Of a stretch of 64,000 bases of DNA, positions 51,144 through 61,228 are shown one piece after another. A model generated the notes under the pieces. It saw only the letters and a program-made list of their open reading frames with translations. It ran no database searches and was not told where the DNA came from. The position numbers and the translations under genes are program-made. The first letter of the stretch is position 1, and each line of letters opens with the position of its first letter. This stretch comes from an uncultured Gemmatimonadales bacterium (GTDB lineage Bacteria; Gemmatimonadota; Gemmatimonadetes; Gemmatimonadales; GWC2-71-9): NCBI GenBank assembly GCA_963825055.1, contig CAWGSK010000013.1, positions 96,001 through 160,000 of the forward strand. Reading direction: 5' to 3'.

Positions 51144-52588
51144 CCCGTGGGGTCTGATGCTCCGGTGGGGTGGTGCCGGACTTGCCGAACAGGCGCTGTG
51201 CGAGGACGAAAGCGGCCCGGTTGGGGTCTGATGAGGGCCGGGGCCGTTTGGTCTCGTCCTTTTCTTCTGGCTTCATTCGCCCTCCTTTGCCCGACTCCAG
51301 GACTCCTCATTCGAACAGAGACGGAACCAAGGTTCACTACCCAGCGCCGCTGGTTAGCAGCCAGGAAATCGATTATCTTTATAAAAGGTCATCAGGGTTC
51401 CTCATGTTGCTGGTGGCCAAGTCGAGGCTGGTCCCCTCGCAACGTAGTGGCTGTTTCCTCGGCCTCCGGTGCTCTCCGCTGGGGGTCGCGTTTGTTTGGG
51501 GGGCCCGCCTATCCTCGGTTCAATCCACCGGGTCGCCGAGGCGCAGCCCAGAACTCCTGCTGCGGGACAGCATGCAGGGGGTCGAGTTGAGCCCGTGCCC
51601 AGAATAATCTCTGGCCGATGTCCCCGGGCAGCGTCTGGTCCCAGCAACGTATTACCTCTCCTCTATGTACCCAGATGGACACATGGACAGACAGCGGAGC
51701 GATACGGTGGCTGAGGCAACCGCCGAGCGCACCGACCCGCTAGCTGTCCGAACTGTGCATGCAACTCGAGATTCATCCCTCCATCTGGCCTCTCTGGTCA
51801 CCACAATACCCTCCAACGACTTACGTTGGACAGATCCGCAGACAGATGGACAGACGCCCAGGCACACTTGGTTCTGAGGTCAGGGAAAGTGCGGCGCCGA
51901 ATGGGGCCACAACGCGCGCGCGTGACAACCCACAGGACCTGACGGGTGAAAACCAATGGCTTCGCAGTTCGCGGGGCCCGGAGCTCGCCGACTGCATGAC
52001 CCAATCTTGTGTGCGGAGATGGGGAAACCGGGGCCTAAGGGGAGTCGGTCTCACCACCTAGGTGTTCGAGGTGCGCGTGGTGCGCGCCCGGCGAGCCGAG
52101 GAAGACGCAGCAACCGGCTGCAGGTATCCCCCAATGCCCCGCCGGGGGTCCGTTTTCATTTTCAGGACGAACGCCGGGACGAAACGGTCGATGTGCCGTC
52201 GCTCCTTGGCTTTCGCCCTCCCCGGATCGAACCCGGAGATATGTGCTTAGGTTGATCCTTTGCGCAACGGCAGTGTGCGTAGCAACTAGGAGGCTCCGCG
52301 ACGGTCACAGACTGGTCCGCGCGACCGGCCTACCGGCGCCGACAATGCGTCGATAGTACTCGCGCCGAGCCATTCAAGGCCTGCACCGTCGCTGTAGCGT
52401 GCGGTCAATCGCAGGCTTTCACCCCACCAGCCCGGCGCAACCGAGCCTGTCTGCGCCTGCGCCGCGCCGTAGCACCCCGCGAGCTGGCGACATCCCGCTG
52501 CAGGCCGAATTCGTGATGAAGACTATACTCACCGAACACCCCTGCCCCCCTGACCGCACAGGTCGAAGGGTCCAGCTGTCCTACCTAT

Positions 52589-53732
52589 CTAGCGGCGGAT
52601 GGTCTTCAGCGGAATCGCGACCGAACCTGGCGATCGGTCGGCGAGACGGGCGACCGCCGTGCCAAGGTCGCCTTCGCTCGTGATGCTGTACCGAGTGAAG
52701 ATTTTGCGCGTCTTGTGCCCCATGAGCTGCATGGCCCAGTGCTCCGGCACTCCCGCGGCGGTCAGATTTCGTGCAGCTGTATGGCGGAAGGAGTGAAAGG
52801 TTCGATCACGATCGAGCCGCACACCGGCGCGTTTGCACGCTCCGATCCACGCTTCCCGGAAGTCCCCTATTGGCCTCCCGTCGCGATGGAAAACATGCTG
52901 CGGAATCGAACCCACCCTCCGTGCGACATCGTCAGCGTAGGTTCTCTGAGCCAGAATTGCTTTGGCGAGCGGCAGGAGTTCTCCAAAAGGGAAGACTCGT
53001 CCGTCATCTGTCTTGCTAGTCGTACCTGCTGTGGTCGAGGTCGGCGCGATGCGCATCACGCCCCCTTCGAGGTCAACCTGGGACCACTTGAGGTCTAGGA
53101 GCTCGCTCTTACGCCACCCCGTGTAATAGGCAGCGACTACAAGATTCTTGAGCGGAGGAGCGATTTCCGCCACATAAATCTGCAGCTCCTCGTATGTGAA
53201 CCACCCTGTCCGGGCGTTCCGCACCGGGATGTGTGGGAAGCTGGGACAAGAGGGAAGAAGCTCTTGCTTTACGGCGAGGTTGAAGGCCCTCCGGAGGACA
53301 GCAAGCTCGTACCGAACGGTCGGCGGGCTTCGCATCCTTACGCCGCTCGACCGCATAGATTCCCAGGAGCCGGGGCTTGATGTCAATTGCACGCATGCCT
53401 CCGAAGCGCTCGGCAAGGTTGCCAAAGGCAATGCTGACGCGCCCCGCACTGCGACGCCCTGCAAGTCGGTAGCTGGTCAGCAGGATTTCTCTAAGATCGT
53501 CCAGCACGACTCGACCCGCCTCTGCCCCCACAAACCTGCCCACTGCATGCTCCCCGAGGCGCTGCTTAAGCAGCTTCACTGCATCAGACCGGTTCCTGGA
53601 TTTCGAGGACTCCCGGTACCGTGTCCCGTTCACCCAATAGCAAATCCACCAGGTCTGCAGTTTCCGACCAGGGCGCTGTGGATCATTGGGCTGGTAGATA
53701 GATCCCGTGCCGCGGGCTCGGCCCTTCGCCAT
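52589..53732 (-). CDS. Tyrosine recombinase/integrase (frameshift ~53325)
   Basis: N-terminal GTGSIYQ..WWICYWVNG arm-binding-like region. Catalytic YYTGWRKSEL, FHSFRHTAA, LMGHKT..F.RY. Adjacent to the tRNA att site. Confidence 0.93.
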
Positions 53733-53899
53733 GTCTCGCCTCCTCCTGATAGGGGACGAGGCCTATGGCGGCAAAATCCACGCCGTGGCCATCAGCTCGC
53801 AGCCTGCGCCGGGAACCGCCACAGTTCCGCCACAGTTCCGGGGCGAGGCGGTGGCGGACCGGAAGTAACCAGGCGTGCTAAGTCGTTGGGATAAAAGAA

Positions 53900-53982
53900 T
53901 GCCCGAGGCGAGAGTCGAACTCGCATGGGGTTGCCCCCGGTGGATTTTGAGTCCACTGCGTCTGCCATTCCGCCACTCGGGC
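53900..53982 (-). tRNA. tRNA-Leu(CAA)
   Basis: GCCCGAG acceptor stem, D arm, GTGGA-CTCAAAA-TCCAC anticodon arm, long variable arm GGGGCAACCCC, GTTCGA T-loop, discriminator A. CCA not encoded. Confidence 0.96.
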
Positions 53983-54049
53983 CCGGCGGAAAGGTGGGGG
54001 AAGGGGGGTCGGGGGGCAAGGAGGTGGACAGGCGGACGGCAGGGCGGGG

Positions 54050-54084
54050 CCGTTCACCTTTCACCGTTTACCGTTCACGCCGTT
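54050..54084 (+). repeat. Degenerate heptamer tract (TTCACCG)n
   Basis: ttcacct ttcaccg tttaccg ttcacgc. Preceded by GGYGGACR units at 54023-54038. Confidence 0.75.
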
Positions 54085-54123
54085 GCCTATGGGCCAACCC
54101 GGTGCCCCATTAGTTTTCATCGC

Positions 54124-54675
54124 ATGACCACCACCCGCCCCTTCCACCCCTGGCACGACCTCCCCACTGGCCCCAATCCACCCGACGTCGTCACCGCGGT
54201 GATCGAGATCCCGGCAAACGAGCGCAACAAGTACGAGCTCGACAAGGACCTCGGGGTCTACCGGCTGGACCGGCTGCTCCACAGCGCCATGCACTACCCC
54301 GGCAACTACGGTTTCCTGCCGCGCACCCTGGCCGAGGACGGCGACCCGATCGACGTGCTGGTCCTCATGAAGGAGCCGGTGTTCACCGGCTGCCTGGTGG
54401 ATGTCCGGCCGATCGGGGTCTTTCACCTCGTCGATCTGGGAGCACCCGACGAGAAGATACTGGCCGTGCCGGTATCGGACCCTTACTTCCGCGACACCAA
54501 CGAACTCACCGACATTCCGAAGCACACGCTCCGCGAGATCGAGCACTTCTTCCAGGTGTACAAGGACCTCGAAGGCACCCGGACCGAGACTGGCGGCTTT
54601 GATGACGCCGCGGCGGCCCGGGAGGATATCGTCCGCGCCCGCCGGATCTACGAGGAGCGGGGCCGGCCCTCGTGA
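54124..54675 (+). CDS. ppa: Inorganic pyrophosphatase (family I)
   Basis: HPWHD, KYELDK, YPGNYGF.P.TLAEDGDPIDVLV, DEKI, HFFQVYKDLE. Confidence 0.96.
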   Translation: MTTTRPFHPWHDLPTGPNPPDVVTAVIEIPANERNKYELDKDLGVYRLDRLLHSAMHYPGNYGFLPRTLAEDGDPIDVLVLMKEPVFTGCLVDVRPIGVFHLVDLGAPDEKILAVPVSDPYFRDTNELTDIPKHTLREIEHFFQVYKDLEGTRTETGGFDDAAAAREDIVRARRIYEERGRPS

Positions 54676-56969
54676 GGAAGTTCCGGAGGCGGGTGGCCAT
54701 GGTCACGGCCACCGTCGTCATCCTGTGCGGATGTGGTGACCGGAAGGACGGCGCCGCCCAGCAGGGCGACACCGTCGATCGCGGTCCCGACCCGGCCCTG
54801 AACGCCGCCCGCGAGGCGCTGGACGACGGGCTCTCCTGGACCGCCAGCCTCCGCATCGCGCCAGTCCTGGCCGATACCGCCCGCCGCACACCCGAAGCCG
54901 AGATCATTGCCGCCCGGGCCGCAGCGGGCTGGGGCGGCTGGGACCGCGTACGGGACCTGCTGCAGGGCAGGCCATGGCTGGACACCCTGTTCGACGGCCG
55001 CGGTCGCGAGCTCCTGGCCCGGGCCGCTCTCCGCCGTCGCGAATTCGGCGCGGCCGTCCCCGAGGCGCGTTCCGCTCTCCGGGCATCCCGGACCCGGGAA
55101 GACAGCGCGGTCCGCACGGTGCTCCTGGCCCGCGCGTTCGACGGGAACGAACAGCCCGACAGCGCGCGCGCGCTCTACCTCGCCTCCGCGGAGTTGTTCC
55201 CTTCCATCGCGGACTGGCTGGTCCTCCGGGCGATGGTGCTGGAGCCCGACAGCGCCCGGCGGGCAGACCGCTACGGTTCGATCGCCATCGCGCCGGCGGT
55301 CGATCATGTCGCACTCACCGAGGCGCGCGCCACGCTCCGCGCCGGGGACACGACCGGCGCCATCCGCGCCCAGCGCGCCCTCGGCCGCTACACCCGGGTC
55401 GCCGAGCTCCAGCTTGCCCGCGCGCGCAACCGGGCAGACTCGGCCGCCATACGCGACAGCATGATGGACCGGATCGGGCGGGCCAGCCGCCCCCCGGACG
55501 GAATGATCGACCTGCTCACGCGGGTGTTCGGGAAGCTCCCGGCGAAGGATGAGCTCACCATCGCGCGCACCGCCGCGGCCTGGGGGCCTGCCGACCGCGC
55601 CATCTCCGGGTTCGCGCGAGCCTTCGAGGGCGGCCAGGGCACCTCGCGTGACCGCTGGCTGTACGGCAACGTCCTGGCACGGATCGGCCGCTATGACGAT
55701 GCCGCCGCGCAGTACGGGCGGGTGACCGGCGAGCTCGCCCCGGACGCCGCCTATCTCCGGGCCCGGTCCATCCTCCGCGCGGGGAATCTCTCCTCCTCGC
55801 GAACCGAGCTCCGGAATCTTCTCCGGCGCTACCCGGACGATGCCGCCGCCGTGATCGCCCGGGTGCTCCTGGCCGACCTGGCGATCGACGAGGGCCGGGA
55901 TGACGACGCGCGCGAAACCCTGCTGGCTACCGGCCGCACCGCGCCCCGGGTGAACCTCACGCCGAGCGCGCTCTTCAGCGCGGCAATCATCGCCTACGCG
56001 CACGGAGAGGTGAAGACGGCTGCGACGGAGTTCGACAGCATCGTCGCCCGGTATCCCGACAGCGACGCCGCGCTGAGCGCGCGGTACTGGGCGGGGCGCG
56101 CGTGGGAGCGGGCAGGCGACAGTGCCCGCGCGCGGGAACGCTGGCGCGACGTCCTGAAGCGCTATCCCTACACCTACTACGCAACGCGTAGCGGTCGCCG
56201 CCTCGGCGTGCCGCTCACGATCCCGGCCGGCACCACCACGGTCGAGAAATTCGAGGACATCACCGCCGCGATGGCACGGTCGGAGACGCTCGACTCACTC
56301 GGCCTGGAGGATGAGTCCCTGCTCGAGCTGGACGACCTCGGCCGGCGGTCCGGCGAGTCCACGGAACGGCTGCTCGCCACCGCCACCGCGTTCAGCGCCC
56401 ACGACCACGCCGCCCGTGCCCTCCAGCTCGCGACCCGCGCCCTGGGCCGCGGGGCCGCGACCGACACCGTGACCTACCGGCTGCTCTTCCCCGTCCTGGA
56501 AGTGGAGGGCCTGCTCCGCCTCGCCCGCGAGCACGGCGCGGACCCGGCACTCGTCGCGGGGCTCATCCGCCAGGAGAGCACCTTCAACCCGCGCGCGACC
56601 TCCGGCGCCGGCGCCCGTGGCCTGATGCAGGTAATGCCGCAGGTCGGGGAGCAGATGGCCCGCTCGCTGCACTACCCCGTGTGGGATCCCGTCCTGCTCT
56701 ACCAGCCGAGCGTGAGCCTCCAGATGGGCATCCAGCACCTGTCGGAGCTGCAGGCCGACTACCCGGACCTCCCCCACGTCCTCGCCGCGTACAACGCGGG
56801 GCGAAGCCGGGTGGAACGCTGGGAGAACCGCCATGGCGTCGGGGACGACCCGGAGTTGTTCACGGAGCGGATCCCGTTCCGGGAGACCCGGGACTATGTG
56901 AGGCTGGTGATACGCAATATGGAGATTTACCGGGCGCTGTACGGGTGGGGGAAAAGCGGTGAACGGTGA
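54672..56969 (+). CDS. Soluble lytic transglycosylase (TPR + SLT domain), probable lipoprotein
   Basis: LIRQESTF, GARGLMQVMP, AAYNAG, ETRDYV. N-terminal ILCGC lipobox-like. Confidence 0.9.
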   Translation: MRKFRRRVAMVTATVVILCGCGDRKDGAAQQGDTVDRGPDPALNAAREALDDGLSWTASLRIAPVLADTARRTPEAEIIAARAAAGWGGWDRVRDLLQGRPWLDTLFDGRGRELLARAALRRREFGAAVPEARSALRASRTREDSAVRTVLLARAFDGNEQPDSARALYLASAELFPSIADWLVLRAMVLEPDSARRADRYGSIAIAPAVDHVALTEARATLRAGDTTGAIRAQRALGRYTRVAELQLARARNRADSAAIRDSMMDRIGRASRPPDGMIDLLTRVFGKLPAKDELTIARTAAAWGPADRAISGFARAFEGGQGTSRDRWLYGNVLARIGRYDDAAAQYGRVTGELAPDAAYLRARSILRAGNLSSSRTELRNLLRRYPDDAAAVIARVLLADLAIDEGRDDDARETLLATGRTAPRVNLTPSALFSAAIIAYAHGEVKTAATEFDSIVARYPDSDAALSARYWAGRAWERAGDSARARERWRDVLKRYPYTYYATRSGRRLGVPLTIPAGTTTVEKFEDITAAMARSETLDSLGLEDESLLELDDLGRRSGESTERLLATATAFSAHDHAARALQLATRALGRGAATDTVTYRLLFPVLEVEGLLRLAREHGADPALVAGLIRQESTFNPRATSGAGARGLMQVMPQVGEQMARSLHYPVWDPVLLYQPSVSLQMGIQHLSELQADYPDLPHVLAAYNAGRSRVERWENRHGVGDDPELFTERIPFRETRDYVRLVIRNMEIYRALYGWGKSGER

Positions 56970-57125
56970 ACGGTGAACGGTGAACGGTGAACGGTGAACG
57001 GTGAACGGTGAACGGTGAACGGTGAACGGTGAACGGTGAACGGTGAACCAGGAGGGAGTGGCCGCCTGCCAGCACCGGGTCAAGCCCTGAAATCCTGCTT
57101 ACCGTTCACCGTTTACCGTTCACGC
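56957..57125 (+). repeat. Inverted heptamer tracts (CGGTGAA)x13 ... (TTYACCG)x~4
   Basis: 56957-57047 and 57098-57125. The tracts contain the stops of both convergent genes. Confidence 0.95.
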
Positions 57126-57710
57126 TGTTTCATCTCTCAGGCTCACCGGCTTTCCGAGAATCTCCTTCCATACCACCGCGTCTCTGAGCTGCTGGATATG
57201 GTCCGGCACGCCAGTGCCGGCGACCACCTTCTTCTGGCGGATCCGGGCGTCGAAGGCGGCGTGGTCCGCCCGGGTGCGGGGACGGTTCCGCTCCTCGGCC
57301 TCGCGGATGCGGCGCTGGACGAGCGCGTTGGCCTCGTCGTCGTAATCGACGACGTTGCCCGTGGGGGCGGGACGGTCCGGCCGCACGTAAGGCGCGCGCT
57401 GGATCTCCAGCGACTCCCGCTCCTCCACTTCCTCGGCGCCGGGGAGCGGGTATGCGGCCTCCCGGCCCGACGGCCCCCGCGCCGCCTGCTGCTTCACGCC
57501 TTCCATCGCCTTGAGCAGTTCCTGGAGGCGGGCACCTTCGGCCTGCGTCCCCGTCGTGCGGACGTGGTCGGCGAGAACGTCGGGGTACCACGTATTCCCC
57601 TTCGACGACGGCCGGGCCGGCGTGCCGCGCTTCCCCTTCTGCGCCTTGCTGACGATGCTCAGCACGGCATAGACGATCGCGAGGAAGATGAGGCCGCTGA
57701 AGCCTTCCAC
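57120..57710 (-). CDS. YqfB-like membrane-anchored protein
   Basis: N-terminal TM, C-terminal [18 protein letters not shown]. Third gene of the nfeD-floA operon. Confidence 0.75.
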   Translation of the reverse strand: MEGFSGLIFLAIVYAVLSIVSKAQKGKRGTPARPSSKGNTWYPDVLADHVRTTGTQAEGARLQELLKAMEGVKQQAARGPSGREAAYPLPGAEEVEERESLEIQRAPYVRPDRPAPTGNVVDYDDEANALVQRRIREAEERNRPRTRADHAAFDARIRQKKVVAGTGVPDHIQQLRDAVVWKEILGKPVSLRDETA

Positions 57711-57713
57711 AGC

Positions 57714-58722
57714 TCAGCTCCCGGTCGGGGGCGGCGGCGGCGGGTTCCCTTCCCCGGCGATCGCCTTCCGCATGGTGGTGTCGGCCTCGATGTTCCGGTA
57801 GCGCTGATAGTCCATGACCCCCAGGTGCCCGCTCCGGAACGCGTCCGCCATGGCGAGCGGAATCTGCGCTTCCGCCGCGATGAGCTTGGCCCGCTGGCTC
57901 TGGGTCTCGCGCCCGGAACTCCTGCTCCATCGCCACTGCGAGCGCGCGGCGCTCCTCGGCCTTGGCCTGCGCGATCCGCTTGTCCGCCTCGGCCTGGTCG
58001 GTCTGCAGCTCGGCGCCGATGTTCTTGCCCACGTCCACGTCGGCGATGTCGATCGACAGGATCTCGAACGCGGTGCCGGCGTCGAGCCCCTTCGCCAGGA
58101 CGGTCTTCGAGATGCTGTCAGGGTTCTCCAGCACCGCCTTGTGGTTGGCCGCCGAGCCGATCGTGCTCACGATCCCCTCGCCGACCCGGGCCAGGATCGT
58201 CTCCTCGCCCGCCCCGCCCACCAGGCGGTTGATGTTGGCCCGTACGGTTACCCGCGCAAGGGCCAGCAGCTGGATGCCGTCCTTGGCCATCGCCGCCACC
58301 TTGGGCGTGGTGATCACCTTCGGGTTGACACTCACCTGCACCGCCTCGAACACGTCCCGGCCGGCCAGGTCGATCGCCGCGGCCTGCTTGAAGCCGAGCG
58401 GGATGCCGGCCTTGTCGGCGCTGATGAGCGCGCGCACCACCCGCTCGACGTTCCCGCCGGCGAGGTAGTGGGCTTCGAGGTCGTTGATGCTGAGCTCGAG
58501 CCCGGCCTTGTAGGCGTTGATCAGCGGGTTGACGATGTTGCTCGGGTTGACCTTGCGGAAGCGCATGCCGAACAGCGTGCGGAACTTGACCCGGACACCG
58601 GAGGCGAGCGCGGTGACCCAGAGTCCGATCGGGATGAACCTGAAGAAGAACACCAGCAACAGGAACCCGAGAAAGATCAGGACCACGAGCAGGCCCGGAC
58701 CGAGCTGGGAGAAATCGTCCAC
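57714..58722 (-). CDS. floA: Flotillin-like protein FloA/YqfA (frameshift ~57905)
   Basis: [47 protein letters not shown]. Second frame gives GVMDY..NIEADT.MR. Confidence 0.93.
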
Positions 58723-58749
58723 GTTACGCTCCGGAAAAAGGAATGGGCT

Positions 58750-60057
58750 TCAGAGGCCGCGTACCACGTGCCGGTACCCTTCCGCGCGGAGGATCCGCAC
58801 GTGGCTGCCGGCCTTGATGAAATCGCCTTCGGTGACTGCATCGATGCGTTCGTCGCCCACCGCTACGGTGCCTGACGGGCGGAGGTCCGTCACTGCCACG
58901 CCCTCCACACCCACCAGTTCGCCGCGCGCGAGGGCGGAGACGTAGCCATCGCTCCCGGTCAGCGCCTCGTGCAGGAAGAGCCCGCGGAGGCGGGAGCTGC
59001 CGGGGAGATGGCGGAGCCAGGCGTACGCCACCGCCGCCACGATGACCAGGCTGGCGGCCACGACCGCGAGTGCCTGCACGATGTCGCCTCCAGTCGGAAG
59101 GGCCCCGAGCATCGCGAGCACGAACGACGCGCCGATCAGCACGATGCCGAGGATGCCGGCGATACCGAAACCGGGGATCACGAACACCTCCAGCGCCAGC
59201 GCGATCACGCCGAGCATGAGCAGGATCACCTCTTCCCAGCCGGCGAGGCCCAGGAGCAGATGGCTCCCGAAGAAGAGGCCGAGGGAGAGCAGCCCCACCA
59301 CCGCGCCAAGGCCGAACGCGCCGGCCTTGATCTCGAAGATCAGGCCGATCATCCCGAGGGACAGGAGCAGCGGGGCGACGACGGGGTTCGTGAGGAAGCG
59401 GACCACGAGCTCGGCCCAGTTGAGGTCGATCGCGGTGACGGCGGCACCCGGCAACCCGATGGCCGCGAGCAGCGCCGGCTGGTCCTCCGCGATCCCGTCG
59501 GCGTACTTCGCGGACAGCGCCTCCGTCGTGCTCAGGGTCAGGAGCCTGCCGGAGGGGGCCAGCGGGATGTCCACGCTCTCGTCCACCATGGCCTCGGCCA
59601 CTGTCGGGTCGAGCGCACGGGCCTCCGCCAGCGCGCGGAACTCCCCGCGCATGGCGGACACGTACTTCTCGGGTGCCTTCACGCCCTGTCCGTTGACCGG
59701 TGTCGCCGCGCCAAAGACCGCGCCCGATGTCATGTAGACCTTGTCGGCCGAAAGGGCTATCAGTGCGCCGGCGCTGTACGCGCGCGGATGGATCCAGGCG
59801 TACACCGGGACAGTCGTGGCGCGCACGGCATCCACGATGCGCTCAGCCGCGTCCACCCGGCCGCCGGGCGTATTGATGTCCAGCACCACCGCGGCAGCGC
59901 CGGCCTCGTCAGCTTTCCGGAGCGCACGGGCGACGTACGGTGCCAGCCCGTTCTCGATCGTGCCCGAGATGTCCACGCGATAGACCACCGGCTGCTGCGC
60001 CCCGAGGGGCACGGCGGCCAGCAGCGTCGCGAAGGTGAGCAGGAACACCCGCCGCAT
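58750..60057 (-). CDS. nfeD: NfeD family membrane serine protease
   Basis: DINTPGG, AYSAGALI, TM region, C-terminal TDLRPSG OB-fold. Confidence 0.93.
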   Translation of the reverse strand: MRRVFLLTFATLLAAVPLGAQQPVVYRVDISGTIENGLAPYVARALRKADEAGAAAVVLDINTPGGRVDAAERIVDAVRATTVPVYAWIHPRAYSAGALIALSADKVYMTSGAVFGAATPVNGQGVKAPEKYVSAMRGEFRALAEARALDPTVAEAMVDESVDIPLAPSGRLLTLSTTEALSAKYADGIAEDQPALLAAIGLPGAAVTAIDLNWAELVVRFLTNPVVAPLLLSLGMIGLIFEIKAGAFGLGAVVGLLSLGLFFGSHLLLGLAGWEEVILLMLGVIALALEVFVIPGFGIAGILGIVLIGASFVLAMLGALPTGGDIVQALAVVAASLVIVAAVAYAWLRHLPGSSRLRGLFLHEALTGSDGYVSALARGELVGVEGVAVTDLRPSGTVAVGDERIDAVTEGDFIKAGSHVRILRAEGYRHVVRGL

Positions 60058-60306
60058 GCGGCACTCCGGAGTGTGAGGGATGGCTATGGGAAGTTAACGG
60101 CTGGCGGTGGGGGGGACTAGAGTACCACCCGGCGGCCATTCGGACGACGGAATTCCGCACTGCGAACCACGGAGGACACGGAAGACGCGCCTGTGGCAGC
60201 TGGGCCCCGGCAGGCGTCCCCTCTTGCGACGTTTCCTCCCGCCGGCATACTGGTCACTGCAAGCCACTCGCCGTGCGTAACGGGACACCATGAGGGGAAC
60301 CTGCGA

Positions 60307-61074
60307 ATGAGAACCTGCCATTTCTTTCCCGGGGCTTTGGCCCTGGCCCTGTGCGCCGCCTGCGGTGACAGCGTCTCGCCTACCCCGGCCACCCACCTCC
60401 TGGTGCGCGTGGAGGTCATCGACTCGCTCGGGAGCCCCGTCCGGGGAGTCTGGGTCGACTGGTCCCTTGGTCCCGACGTACCACCGCCCACCGGCACCTT
60501 CGACCCCGCTGCCCGTACGGACGTGAACGGAGAGTTCACGGTCGACGCCGGGACATTTGAGACCCGTACCCTCGACAGTCTCAGGGTCGGCATCCTCCCG
60601 CCCGGGTGTGATCAGCCCGTGCAGGACTCCCTGCTGACCGGCGTTTCCCTGTCGGCCGGCGACGACACCGTCGTCGTCAGGATGGTCTCGGACGGAGTCG
60701 TTCCACCCGCCACCACCACACCCGGCGTCGTCTGTTCAAATGTCGTCGATCCGGTGGGAGGTCCCTGGCAGCGGCTTGGGCTCAGGATCGACTCCGTCGT
60801 CGGGAGCCAGTTCTACGGGCGATGGGTCCTGGTGTTTCAGTATACGCGAGGGTCGGACTACGGCGCGTTCGTCGGCGGCTACGGGCCGACGTTCGTCACC
60901 CTGCATCTCGTTCATGACGCGCCATGGGGCACGTGTACCGGCCTCGACCTGGCCGCGCCGATACTGCAGGACGGTACCTGGGGAACTGCGACGATCACCC
61001 ACCCGCAGGGCTGCCTGGAAGGCACACAGTACTTCGATTTCACTGAGGGCCAGTTCTCCTCTACCTGGCCCTGA
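60307..61074 (+). CDS. Hypothetical lipoprotein
   Basis: LALALCAAC lipobox, beta-rich, GAGGGG RBS. Confidence 0.65.
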   Translation: MRTCHFFPGALALALCAACGDSVSPTPATHLLVRVEVIDSLGSPVRGVWVDWSLGPDVPPPTGTFDPAARTDVNGEFTVDAGTFETRTLDSLRVGILPPGCDQPVQDSLLTGVSLSAGDDTVVVRMVSDGVVPPATTTPGVVCSNVVDPVGGPWQRLGLRIDSVVGSQFYGRWVLVFQYTRGSDYGAFVGGYGPTFVTLHLVHDAPWGTCTGLDLAAPILQDGTWGTATITHPQGCLEGTQYFDFTEGQFSSTWP

Positions 61075-61228
61075 CTGGCAACACCCGTCGGCTTCGGAAC
61101 AGGAACAATGCGCGGAGGCCAATTGGTAAAGCGAACCACGGAGGCCGGCCCCTTGTAACCCGCCCTGCTCAGCGGTATGGATTCCCTGGACCTCTCGACC
61201 TCCGGCCACCTCGACCCCACGACCCCGC

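Larger units (their letters stand above)
30562..53956. mobile_element. Genomic island (~23.4 kb) integrated at tRNA-Leu(CAA)
   Basis: Identical 58-bp repeat at 30562-30619 and 53899-53956 (tRNA 3' part). Tyrosine integrase next to the tRNA. Lower-GC cargo segments. Confidence 0.92.

Noticed and set aside
30562..53956. Prophage or ICE
   Set aside because: No structural phage, relaxase or T4SS genes. The integrase is the only intact-looking mobility gene.
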